A stretch of 59,371 nt of DNA, taken from NCBI GenBank assembly GCA_948441945.1, contig CAOJQV010000004.1:1-59371 (forward strand), read 5' to 3'. Positions within the stretch are counted from its first letter, which is position 1; each line of letters opens with the position of its first letter. The notes under the pieces were generated by a model that did no database searches, had not been told where the DNA came from, and worked only from the letters and a program-made list of their open reading frames with translations. The stretch is from an uncultured Clostridium sp. (GTDB lineage Bacteria; Bacillota; Clostridia; TANB77; CAG-508). A program made the position numbers and the translations under genes. Positions 26,985 through 36,188 of this stretch are shown here, piece after piece.

Positions 26985-28166
26985 CTATAAATTTATAATT
27001 TCTACCTTATCTCTATATACAATTCCTGCTATTGAATTTGAAAGTACAATATTTGTTATTTCTTGTTCTGCTGTGTATTTTTTTATTAGCCAACCATTTG
27101 TATTAATAAATTCTACTTCTGAGCCTAAATTTAGTGCAATTGCATTATTATTTGTATATATTTCCTTTGTAACAGACTCTGCAGTATATAATGATGTACT
27201 TTTATTTTCTGAATTAATAATATTTACTACTGAATCTGCTGTAAATAATCCAGATGACTTTTCTTCTATAGTTATTGAATTATTAGCCAATTGTATAGAT
27301 GCAAATGATATTTTTCTCTTACCATATTCTTGTATAGTTTCTATTGTTCCATCTTCTTTTATACAGATAATTCTATGTGCATACATACAAAGCAGTTTAT
27401 TTTTTTCTTGATATTTTAAGTTTGTTATTAGTTCATTATTTTCTCCATTATATACCTGTTTTATGGAATTTTCTGCATTTTGTTTTCCTTCTTCTATTGA
27501 GATAATTTTTACATTTGATTGTATCATTGTACCTGATGTATCAATTTCTGCTATTGCTAAATACTTATTGTCATTTGATATTGATGTTGATACAGCTCTT
27601 GTTGATGACAGATATGTGTTAAATAGTAACTCTCCTTTATTGTCATACATAGCTATTATAGTTTTATAACTTGTATCTACAATTGTTACAGCTACATATC
27701 CATTTTTGTTTATATTAATTTCTGAAATATTTCCTTCTACATCTTTTTCCCAGACAATTTCTTTATCTTCTATTAGATATAGCTTTTTCCCTTTTTCTTC
27801 TGCTACTGCTAAATATCTATTACTTTCGTTAAAAATTGGTTTTGCAATTTCTAATGTAAGTTCCTTTTGCTTTTTACCTGTGTTATCATAAATTTCAAAG
27901 TTATTTTTATTCAATATTCCAATGTATTTATTAAATGCATATACATATGAATTATCAACATTTTCTATTTCTATGCTTGCTAAATTATTTTGTGTTATTT
28001 CTTTATGCAATATATATTTATCTATCCAACGTCTTACTGATTTATTATTTATATACATAGCTATTATAATTGTAAATATTATAATTAATACGACTATAAT
28101 ACTTGTTATTATTATTCTCTTTTTGCTAAATATTACATTTTCTGACTCTTTCCAAAAATCCTTCAT
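26985..28166 (-). CDS. Membrane-anchored beta-propeller protein (DUF5711-like)
   Basis: N-terminal TM then repeated beta-strand motifs (INKNGYVAV, ISNDNKYLAIAEID); usual position upstream of CvpA in clostridia; start revised to ATG 28166 after AAAGGAG. Confidence 0.7.
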   Translation of the reverse strand: MKDFWKESENVIFSKKRIIITSIIVVLIIIFTIIIAMYINNKSVRRWIDKYILHKEITQNNLASIEIENVDNSYVYAFNKYIGILNKNNFEIYDNTGKKQKELTLEIAKPIFNESNRYLAVAEEKGKKLYLIEDKEIVWEKDVEGNISEININKNGYVAVTIVDTSYKTIIAMYDNKGELLFNTYLSSTRAVSTSISNDNKYLAIAEIDTSGTMIQSNVKIISIEEGKQNAENSIKQVYNGENNELITNLKYQEKNKLLCMYAHRIICIKEDGTIETIQEYGKRKISFASIQLANNSITIEEKSSGLFTADSVVNIINSENKSTSLYTAESVTKEIYTNNNAIALNLGSEVEFINTNGWLIKKYTAEQEITNIVLSNSIAGIVYRDKVEIINL

Positions 28167-28176
28167 TAGTTTCTCC

Positions 28177-28242
28177 TTTGTCCCAAAAGGGACGTTTACC
28201 TGTGGGACATGTCCCACAGGTAAACGTCCCTTTTGGGACAAA
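28177..28242. repeat. Perfect 66-bp zero-loop palindrome of the GGGACG family
   Basis: tttgtcccaaaagggacgtttacctgtgggaca|tgtcccacaggtaaacgtcccttttgggacaaa. Confidence 0.95.
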
Positions 28243-28247
28243 TTATA

Positions 28248-29288
28248 TCAGTTTCTTGTCTTTTTTTCAATCTTTTTCGTTAATAAAATTTGAATTATTT
28301 GAATTAGTCCTAATATTCCTAGAATTGGGTAAAGTAAATTTACTAGATTTGAAAATCCTATTTGTGAAAATAAAACTGCACTTATACATATTATTATACA
28401 TTTTATATTAAAGTCTTTTTCTGTTTTAGCTGTGTTTTGTAAAAAACTGATTCCTAATGAAATTGCTGTTGTAAAAATTGCTATTAAAATGGTAATTCCG
28501 TATATGCTTTTTATTTGTGGAAATATTTTGCTAATTGCATACACTGCTGGCATTTCTAAGTTTTTTATATCTACATCTATATTTATTAATAATAAGTATA
28601 TTGATAATAATAGTATTGATATTATTGCTGTTACTATTATTGATATGTATTTTATATGTTTTTCTTTTTTTATATATTTTTTTATTGAGATTAGTATTGG
28701 TATTAATAGAATGCTATTATAACTTGAATATAATATCCCTTTTATAAACCAAGCATTGTTGCTTGTATCTTTTATTAGATAATTATTTATGTTTTTTATA
28801 TCTATGTATTTTAAATTTATAATTCCTATAAGCGTAATAATTAATATTAGTATTGGTATTAGTATTTCATTTACTTTTACTATTCCTTTTACATTAGTTT
28901 TTAGTATTATAAAACATATTATTGCAAAAATTGTGCTTCCTATTAGGCTATTTAGATTAAATTCTTGATTTAAGTATGCTCCAAATCCTGCTATCATTAC
29001 ATAAAAGCTAATTAATATAAATATATTTATTGTAGAATTAATGTACTTTTTTATTTTTTTGTTTTTTATATAATAGTTTATAAATTCATTATAGTTTTTT
29101 ATATCATTGTTTTCCACAATTTGTAACACTTTGTTTATAATTATTCCAATTAGCATACTTGATATTACAATTCCTATCATGCCTTTTATTCCATAACAGA
29201 AAAAAAAAGTTTGAACTTCTTGTCCAGATGCTAAACCCGCTCCTACAAATGTTCCTATTATTACAAATACAACCTTCATAATCTCCAT
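28248..29288 (-). CDS. YkvI-like multi-pass membrane protein (putative transporter)
   Basis: IGTFVGAGLASGQEV..FF, LYSSYN, AIFTTA, GFSNLVNLLYP signatures; about 10 TM segments. Confidence 0.8.
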   Translation of the reverse strand: MEIMKVVFVIIGTFVGAGLASGQEVQTFFFCYGIKGMIGIVISSMLIGIIINKVLQIVENNDIKNYNEFINYYIKNKKIKKYINSTINIFILISFYVMIAGFGAYLNQEFNLNSLIGSTIFAIICFIILKTNVKGIVKVNEILIPILILIITLIGIINLKYIDIKNINNYLIKDTSNNAWFIKGILYSSYNSILLIPILISIKKYIKKEKHIKYISIIVTAIISILLLSIYLLLINIDVDIKNLEMPAVYAISKIFPQIKSIYGITILIAIFTTAISLGISFLQNTAKTEKDFNIKCIIICISAVLFSQIGFSNLVNLLYPILGILGLIQIIQILLTKKIEKKTRN

Positions 29289-29337
29289 ATAAAAAAGCCC
29301 CCTTTTATTTTATGAGGCTTTTGGGTTTGTTATGATT

Positions 29338-30801
29338 TTATTTTTTCCTTCTTCTTAATTGCCAAACTACAATTCCTACAATTATTATTAATATTGGCAA
29401 TCCAAATATGATTATGGTTATAATTTTATGCTCTAGCTCTGTAGGTATATATGTGATGCTTCCTGTACTCTTTTTAACTGTAATGTCTTCTTCTCTGTTT
29501 GTTAAATATGAAATTGAGTTTAGTACTAGGTCTTTATTATTACGATATACAATAATTGGTGTTTGTGAGTTTTTAGTTAATGGATAATCTGATATAAAGT
29601 TATTTTCACCATATATTATTAATGTAGATGTTGTTTCTCCTATTGTTTTTTCAAATTTTCCGCCTAATAGAATTGACTCTTGTTTTTCTTCTGTTTGTGC
29701 TTTGTCTGATGTAATTGTAAAATCTTTTCTAAAGTAAGCGTTTTCACTTGTTGTAATTAAATCTGTTTTTGTTACATTTAATTCACCTAATTTTGTATCA
29801 TCAACTACATTGATTTTTGTTGCATTTATAAATATTATTCCTTCTGAATTGTATATTTTATTTGTTACATCTGCATATTGTATTTCTGGCATAATTATAT
29901 TAGGTTGATTTGATATTATTTTGCTTGAGTCTGTTTCTCTCACAACTCCAACTTCAAATGGATTTATTCCATAAACTGTTAATATCTTGTTTATATTTGG
30001 AAGTTCAATACTTCTTGCCATAGCTGAATTTAGCCATAATATATTTCCACCTTTATTTATATAATCTATAATTGCATTTGTTGTTATATCGTCAAAGTCA
30101 GATTCTGGTGATGTAATTATTAATGTATCGCAGTCTTCAGGCACTTTTCCTTGTGTAAGTATATCTAGTGTCTCTACTTTATTTATTTCATTTTGTAAAT
30201 ACATATTTAAGTATTGCATACCATTATTTAGGCTAAATGTACTATATCCATTTAAAAAGTAAACTTTTGGTAATTCTTCTATTGATACTGCTTTAATTGA
30301 TGCCGTTAATTTTTCTTCTGCTATATTAATACTTTCGTAAGTTGTATAATCATATGTATATAAATCACTTGATGCTAAAACTTTTGATTGTTTTCCACTT
30401 TCTAAAATAATTCCTGTACTTCCTGTTTCTATTCCATATTTTTGTGCTAGGTCTGGTCTGCTTGTTGCGTCTGCTGTTTCTACTGATATATTTTTATTTG
30501 CCTTTTCGTATTGTCTTGCTAAGTCAAGTACAGCGTCTTCTTCTGAGTATCCTATAAAATATATATTTATTTGGTTTTCTATATTTTTAATTTGTTCTTT
30601 ACTTTCCTCTGTTAATGTAAAGATTTTGTCTTCTGTAAAGTCTATTGGTGTCAATTGCAATTTTTGTGTTATTACTGTAATTGCAATAAAAGTTGCTATA
30701 ATTGCAAGTACTAAGACTATTGTATATGTACTATTTATAATCCATTTCTTTTTTATTATATCAATGAATTTATTTGTTTTGTCTGTTTTCTCTTTTTTCA
30801 C
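29338..30801 (-). CDS. GldG-like ABC transporter auxiliary component
   Basis: DFTEDKIFTLTEES, KVYFLNG, VPEDCDTLIITSPESDF, NKDLVLNSISYL; N- and C-terminal TM. Confidence 0.82.
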   Translation of the reverse strand: MKKEKTDKTNKFIDIIKKKWIINSTYTIVLVLAIIATFIAITVITQKLQLTPIDFTEDKIFTLTEESKEQIKNIENQINIYFIGYSEEDAVLDLARQYEKANKNISVETADATSRPDLAQKYGIETGSTGIILESGKQSKVLASSDLYTYDYTTYESINIAEEKLTASIKAVSIEELPKVYFLNGYSTFSLNNGMQYLNMYLQNEINKVETLDILTQGKVPEDCDTLIITSPESDFDDITTNAIIDYINKGGNILWLNSAMARSIELPNINKILTVYGINPFEVGVVRETDSSKIISNQPNIIMPEIQYADVTNKIYNSEGIIFINATKINVVDDTKLGELNVTKTDLITTSENAYFRKDFTITSDKAQTEEKQESILLGGKFEKTIGETTSTLIIYGENNFISDYPLTKNSQTPIIVYRNNKDLVLNSISYLTNREEDITVKKSTGSITYIPTELEHKIITIIIFGLPILIIIVGIVVWQLRRRKK

Positions 30802-30814
30802 TTTTATCCTCCTT

Positions 30815-31501
30815 CTATTTTACACTTTTTCTTCTCTGTAATACTGTTATTGTTAGTAATATGCATGTAATTGTAAATGTTATAAATGTTATGGTGTCTC
30901 CTATTTCTATTTCTCCTTGTGTGTATTTATAAAACATATTTATGAAAGAGTAACTTTCTAAGTTTGTGTTAAATTCTGGTAATACCCAAGTAATTATAAA
31001 GAATCCTATTGATATAATACCAGATATAATTTGGTTTTCTGTTATACTTGATGTTAACATTCCAAATGAAATGTATGACATAGTGAATAATAGGAGTCCT
31101 AATAATGTTACAAATGTTGTTGTAAGTTTTGGTACTCCATAATGGCATAGAATTCCAAAATATATAAATGTGAAAATTTCTGTTATAGCTACAACTCCTA
31201 CGGCAGCAATAAATTTTCCTAATACTATTTTTGTAATGCTGATTGGAGATGTTAATAATAATTGTTCTGTGCCTGTTTTTCTTTCTTCTGAAAATGCTCT
31301 CATGGTTAATAATGGTATTATAAATGCTAATACTAATATTGTTGGTAAACTATAGTATATATATTCGAAATTTATATTTGCATTTTCTAGCACAGTAAAA
31401 TAAAATGATACACTAAATGCTATTAAAAATACACCTATAAATATGTATCCTATTGGTGAATAAAAATAAGATTTAAATTCTTTCTTTATGACTGCCCACA
31501 T
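30815..31501 (-). CDS. ABC-2 type permease (GldF-like)
   Basis: KKEFKSYFYSPIGY, LTMRAFSEERKTGTEQLLLTSP, SSITENQII. Confidence 0.88.
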   Translation of the reverse strand: MWAVIKKEFKSYFYSPIGYIFIGVFLIAFSVSFYFTVLENANINFEYIYYSLPTILVLAFIIPLLTMRAFSEERKTGTEQLLLTSPISITKIVLGKFIAAVGVVAITEIFTFIYFGILCHYGVPKLTTTFVTLLGLLLFTMSYISFGMLTSSITENQIISGIISIGFFIITWVLPEFNTNLESYSFINMFYKYTQGEIEIGDTITFITFTITCILLTITVLQRRKSVK

Positions 31502-32442
31502 TGATTTTCTCCTCCTTCTATTAATTTCATGAATGCATCTTCTAGAGTTGTGTCTGCTTGTTTCATTTCAAATATTGTAATGTTTTCTTTTGCGAATTCT
31601 TTAAATATCATTTTTCTTAAATCTTTGTCATTTTCTGCTTTTATTACATATTGTTTTGTTTTGTCTTCGTTTTCTTTTATTAGTTTTATTTCTGGTATTT
31701 CTGGTATTTTTTCTTTTATAGTTTCCATTTTGTTTTCTGTATCTTCTACTGTTACATATATATTGTTGTTATTGTTTACTTTTTTCTCTAAGTTTTCTGG
31801 TGTATCTATTGCTACTATTTTTCCTTTATTTATGATAATTACTTTACTACATATTTGGCTTATTTCTGATAATATATGTGAACTTAGTATAACTGTATGT
31901 TCTTTTCCTAGTTCTTTTATTAATTGTCTGATTTCTGTAATTTGTTTTGGGTCTAGTCCGACTGTTGGTTCGTCTAATATAAGTACTTTTGGTTCTCCTA
32001 CTAAGCTTCCTGCCATACTCACTCTTTGTTTATATCCTCTTGATAAGTTACGTATTAGTTTGTTTTCTACATTTTTTAGTCCTGTTTGTTCTATAATTTT
32101 TGATACTTTTTCTTTTCTTTCTTTTTTATTTACTTTTTTTAGTTCTGCCATGTAGTTTACAAATTCTTTTACTGTTAATTCTGAATATAATGGAACTCCT
32201 TCTGGCATATATCCTATTTGTTCTTTTGCTTTTTTTGGTTTTTTTGATATGTCATATCCTTCTATTATTATTTGTCCTTCTGTTGGTTCGATATATCCTG
32301 TTATCATGTTCATTGTTGTACTTTTTCCTGCTCCATTTGGTCCAAGTAGCCCTACAATTTCTCCTTCTTGGATTTGAAAACTTATGTTGTCTACTGCTGT
32401 TGTACTACCATATTTTTTAGTGATGTTTTTTACTTCTATCAC
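31486..32442 (-). CDS. ABC transporter ATP-binding protein (GldA-like)
   Basis: Walker A GPNGAGKS, signature LSRGYKQRV, Walker B ILDEPTVGLDP. Confidence 0.93.
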   Translation of the reverse strand: MIEVKNITKKYGSTTAVDNISFQIQEGEIVGLLGPNGAGKSTTMNMITGYIEPTEGQIIIEGYDISKKPKKAKEQIGYMPEGVPLYSELTVKEFVNYMAELKKVNKKERKEKVSKIIEQTGLKNVENKLIRNLSRGYKQRVSMAGSLVGEPKVLILDEPTVGLDPKQITEIRQLIKELGKEHTVILSSHILSEISQICSKVIIINKGKIVAIDTPENLEKKVNNNNNIYVTVEDTENKMETIKEKIPEIPEIKLIKENEDKTKQYVIKAENDKDLRKMIFKEFAKENITIFEMKQADTTLEDAFMKLIEGGENQCGQS

Positions 32443-32599
32443 GAGAATTCCTCCTTATATTTATTTTTTCTATAATATCATTTTAGTTTTTTGATGTAAA
32501 GTTTTTCACAAAGAATTCACATTACGGAAGTAGTGCTTTCGTCTTTATTGTATTTTTTGTTATTGGATAGGCTGATACCAAATTTTTGATATATTTTTC

Positions 32600-32628
32600 T
32601 TGACTTTTGTTTTTTTCTGTGTTATTAT
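32600..32628 (+). promoter_or_regulatory. Sigma-A promoter of tRNA-Arg(TCT)
   Basis: TTGACT-N17-TATTAT with extended TG, 13 nt upstream of the tRNA. Confidence 0.6.
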
Positions 32629-32641
32629 ATTTATTGTTCAT

Positions 32642-32718
<77 letters not shown>

Positions 32719-32748
32719 TAGTAATATTATACAATTCTAGTATAGGTT

Positions 32749-32780
32749 AGACGTTACTTTTAAGGTTGTAACGTCTTTTT
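32749..32780 (+). terminator. Intrinsic terminator after tRNA-Arg(TCT)
   Basis: agacgttac / gtaacgtct stem followed by a T run. Confidence 0.7.
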
Positions 32781-32824
32781 GTTTACCAAAATTTATAATG
32801 CTCATTTAGTATAGGAGGTGATTT

Positions 32825-33058
32825 TTGGCTAAAATAATGATTGCTGATGTTTTATATACTACAACAGACGAAACATTTTATGTTTTAGACAATGTTCATG
32901 CTAATGCTTCCAAGTATTATGCTGAAACATTAGAAGATGTTTTTAATAAGCTTAAGCAAGATAAATGGAAACAATGTGGTAAAGTCAATAAAAGCGATGG
33001 CTTATTAGCAGATATGTTTAAAAAAGAGGAAAATTATATTGCTGTTTGGCAAGAATGA
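32825..33058 (+). CDS. Small hypothetical protein (77 aa)
   Basis: Strong RBS AGGAGGTG before a TTG start; protein-like composition; no recognisable family. Confidence 0.6.
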   Translation: MAKIMIADVLYTTTDETFYVLDNVHANASKYYAETLEDVFNKLKQDKWKQCGKVNKSDGLLADMFKKEENYIAVWQE

Positions 33059-33092
33059 AATTCAAAATTATTATTTAAACTCAAAGATAATA

Positions 33093-33134
33093 AAAAACAT
33101 CTCAATTTACATTATTGTATTTTGAGATGTTTTT
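33093..33134. terminator. ATCTCAA/TTGAGAT hairpin, copy 1 (bidirectional terminator-like)
   Basis: aaaaacatctcaa-tttacattattgtatt-ttgagatgttttt; between convergent genes. Confidence 0.7.
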
Positions 33135-33167
33135 ATCTATATATGTAATTTACTTTTTAATATTTTC

Positions 33168-33824
33168 CTATTTTCTTAGAACATATACCAACCATTTGTT
33201 GTTATTTTCTCCACCTTCTTTATGAAAATTATAAATCCTATATCCCATCTTAGTAATAATTTCATTCAATTCTTCTTCATAAAAATATTTATAATAACGT
33301 TCTGCTCCCATATGGTACTCATTTGGAAAATCAACCCACTCTTCATCAACATCTCTGGTTTCGCGATTTATTGCATTAAAAATAAACAGTCCATCTTTTT
33401 CAAGTATGTCATATACTTTTTTCAAAACTTTCAATACATCGCTTTTAGTAAAATGAACAAAAACTCTCCAACAAAAAATAGCTGAATATTTTTCTTTAAA
33501 CTCATCTTCTAATATATTAAATTTAATTGTTTTTAAACCTTTAGATTTTATTGAATTAATAAAATCCTCTGCTATATCACTTGCTGTTATTTCATATCCT
33601 AATTTTTCAATATACTTTGCATTTGTACCATCAGCAGAACCAATTTCAAAAACTTTTGCACTTTTGGGCAATGTTTCAATATTAACTCTAATAAATTTTT
33701 CTAATTGCTCACGTTTATGTTTTGCCTTCTCTGGGTCTAGATTGTCATGTTCAATACTAGTTTCTAAATATGTTTTTGCCTTCTGATTGTATACTTCGAG
33801 TGTTTTTTCGTTTTCTATACTCAT
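33168..33824 (-). CDS. Class I SAM-dependent methyltransferase
   Basis: VFEIGSADG motif I, ITASDI, motif-IV-like AIFCWRVFVHF, ILEKDGLFIF. Confidence 0.85.
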   Translation of the reverse strand: MSIENEKTLEVYNQKAKTYLETSIEHDNLDPEKAKHKREQLEKFIRVNIETLPKSAKVFEIGSADGTNAKYIEKLGYEITASDIAEDFINSIKSKGLKTIKFNILEDEFKEKYSAIFCWRVFVHFTKSDVLKVLKKVYDILEKDGLFIFNAINRETRDVDEEWVDFPNEYHMGAERYYKYFYEEELNEIITKMGYRIYNFHKEGGENNNKWLVYVLRK

Positions 33825-33874
33825 TCTATATTTTCCTCGCTATCTTTTGATTTTTTGTTACTTTATTACTAATG

Positions 33875-35062
33875 TTAATTATCTAGTGATTCCATTAATA
33901 AAAAGTCTTTTAATTTAATATGTTTTACTGTACTTGTTGAATAGTCTATATCATCATTTGTAATAAGTATTTTCTGCGATAAGTTATCTATGTTAGCAAA
34001 TGCAGAAAATTCACGATTATATGTTTTTTCTTCTGCTACACTATAAGCAACTTGTATAAAGTATTTTTTATTATTCTTTTGAGCTAGAAAATCTATTTCT
34101 TTTCCATTATTGTTAAATACATTTATATTATATCCCATATATACAAGTTCATTATAAATGATATTTTCTAAGTTATGAGTTAAATCATATCGATTATCCA
34201 TACATCTGATTGAATTAAAAGCAACATCTGTATTATATATTTTTATATAGTATGCTAATTCACTTTTTGTCTTTGTTGAATATTGTTTAACAGGCTCAAT
34301 TATATATGCTTCTTCTAAATAACCAAGATATTTAATAATAGTGTTGATAGAACAATTTTCGTTTTTATCTTTTATATATTTGTGAATTGATTTTGCCGAG
34401 ATGATTCTACTATTTGATCTTAAAATGTAATTAACTAGACTCTTAAATAGTTTGTCCTTTTTTATTTTATATCTATTAATTAAATCATTAATAACAATTG
34501 TATCATCTAAATCACTTAAATATCTTATTCTAGCTTCGTCTGTATCAAATTCAAATCTTTTAGGAAAGCCTCCCCATACTAAATAATCTGTAATAGTGCA
34601 TTCTTTTTCTAATTCTTTTGTATATTCTAAGATTTCTTTATATACAAAAGGCCTAATTTTAAATGCAACATATCTACCACTTAATTCTTTTGTGAATTCT
34701 TTTGATAATAGTTTTGAGTTTGAACCAGTAATAAATATAGAATTATCATATAGTCTTAGTGTTTTACATGCTTCTTGCCAATTTTCTATCATTTGTATTT
34801 CATCTAAAAATACATAACATTTTCCACTTTTTCTATTGCTTTCTATGTAATCAATAAGTTCATTACTATTCGAAATATTAGTTAATATTCTTTTATCTTC
34901 AAAATTTAAATAAATTAAATTATCTGTTTTTTGTTTTATTTCATTTCTTATTTGTTCTAATATAACAGATTTTCCAGAACGCCTTATTCCTGTTATGATT
35001 TTTATTAAATCTGAATCATAAAATTCACGAACTGGATTTATATAATGTTCTCTATAAATCAT
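33875..35062 (-). CDS. AAA_14 family ATP-binding protein with DUF4143-type C-terminus
   Basis: ITGIRRSGKS Walker A, FLDEIQ, ITGSNSKLLS, ELSGRY, GGFP, ENIIYNEL, KEIDF..YFIQV; ATG 35062 after GAGGTG. Confidence 0.9.
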   Translation of the reverse strand: MIYREHYINPVREFYDSDLIKIITGIRRSGKSVILEQIRNEIKQKTDNLIYLNFEDKRILTNISNSNELIDYIESNRKSGKCYVFLDEIQMIENWQEACKTLRLYDNSIFITGSNSKLLSKEFTKELSGRYVAFKIRPFVYKEILEYTKELEKECTITDYLVWGGFPKRFEFDTDEARIRYLSDLDDTIVINDLINRYKIKKDKLFKSLVNYILRSNSRIISAKSIHKYIKDKNENCSINTIIKYLGYLEEAYIIEPVKQYSTKTKSELAYYIKIYNTDVAFNSIRCMDNRYDLTHNLENIIYNELVYMGYNINVFNNNGKEIDFLAQKNNKKYFIQVAYSVAEEKTYNREFSAFANIDNLSQKILITNDDIDYSTSTVKHIKLKDFLLMESLDN

Positions 35063-35081
35063 GTTTTTCACCTCTTACTCT

Positions 35082-35110
35082 ATTATACTGAAAGTTTTTT
35101 AGATTGTCAA
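35082..35110 (-). promoter_or_regulatory. Perfect-consensus sigma-A promoter for the AAA_14 ATPase gene
   Basis: Minus strand TTGACA-N17-TATAAT. Confidence 0.75.
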
Positions 35111-35296
35111 TAAAATGTTTCATTTCTACTGAAATATTTTGCTGAAATTAAAAAATGTTTCACTTTAATATTATTTTTGTATTATTATACCATTCATAAT
35201 TGTAACAATACCAATTTTTGAATAATAAAGTTTCGGATTTGTTAAGTTGTGGTTCACCATTATATTATTATCCGAATCCTCTAAAATGGAATAAGG

Positions 35297-35339
35297 AAAA
35301 ACCATCTCAATTTACATTGTTGTATTTGAGATGGTTTTT
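35297..35339. terminator. ATCTCAA/TTGAGAT hairpin, copy 2
   Basis: aaaaaccatctcaa-tttacattgttgtat-ttgagatggttttt; loop nearly identical to copy 1. Confidence 0.7.
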
Positions 35340-35364
35340 ATTTTAATATCTCCTTCTCTACTAA

Positions 35365-35973
35365 TTATTTACTTAGAATCTTCTTATTCCATGTTTTTTT
35401 GCTACATTTTGGACATTTCATATATCTTATTCTACCATAATGTATTGAAAATAAAACTGAATTATAATCTGGTACATATCTATTATGACAATGTTGACAT
35501 TCATAATATCCTGCATCTTTTTCAATCTTAATTGCAAATCCTACTCCTATTATAAAAATTAACATTCCTACTACCATTAATGCAATTTTTAATATTATAT
35601 TCTCTATTGCAAATAAAGAGACAAATATCATAATTAGAAATGTAATTGTAGACATGTAACCAATTACATTTTCTAATAATAACATCTTCTTTGCACTATC
35701 TTCTTCTCTCCTTTTAAATTCTAATAAATTTTCTTCCACTATTTTATCATAATTACTCATTTCTATCATCTCCCCACTTAATAATTCATTTACAGTAATA
35801 TCAAGTTCAGCACATAATTCAAGCATTATTGATGAATCAGGCATACCTTTTCCTGTTTCCCATTTTGATATCGCTCTATCTGTGATATTTAATTTTTCGG
35901 CTAACTGTGCTTGTGTCATATTTTTTTCTTTTCTACATTGAGCAATAAACCTACCAATTTTTACTTGATCCAT
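35365..35973 (-). CDS. XRE-family HTH regulator with two TM helices and a C-terminal Zn ribbon
   Basis: MTQAQLAEKLNITDRAISKWETGKGMPD; hydrophobic hairpin; CQHC...CPKC. Confidence 0.9.
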   Translation of the reverse strand: MDQVKIGRFIAQCRKEKNMTQAQLAEKLNITDRAISKWETGKGMPDSSIMLELCAELDITVNELLSGEMIEMSNYDKIVEENLLEFKRREEDSAKKMLLLENVIGYMSTITFLIMIFVSLFAIENIILKIALMVVGMLIFIIGVGFAIKIEKDAGYYECQHCHNRYVPDYNSVLFSIHYGRIRYMKCPKCSKKTWNKKILSK

Positions 35974-36124
35974 ATTCTTACCTCCTTAGTATTATAGTAA
36001 AAAATTTAAGTAAAAAAGTAAATATACTAATGGTTGAGTGAGGTTATTTTTTGTCTTTCACTCTAAACTTTCACCCTTTCTAATTTTATCCGTTATAGTA
36101 ATATTAATACTATATCATAAATTT

Positions 36125-36171
36125 AAAAAATATCTCAAGTCACATTTTATTTGTGATTTGAGATATTTTTT
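36125..36171. terminator. ATCTCAA/TTGAGAT hairpin, copy 3
   Basis: aaaaaatatctcaa-gtcacattttatttgtgat-ttgagatatttttt. Confidence 0.7.
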
Positions 36172-36188
36172 TGTGTAGTTTAGTTTTA

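Noticed and set aside
28178-28411. Two opposite ORFs starting with the same peptide MSQKGRLPVGHVPQVNVPFGT
   Set aside because: Artefact of the perfect 66-bp palindrome, not a gene duplication
29338-32442. Gliding-motility machinery
   Set aside because: GldA/F/G-like ABC systems are widespread outside Bacteroidota and no other gliding or type IX secretion genes are present
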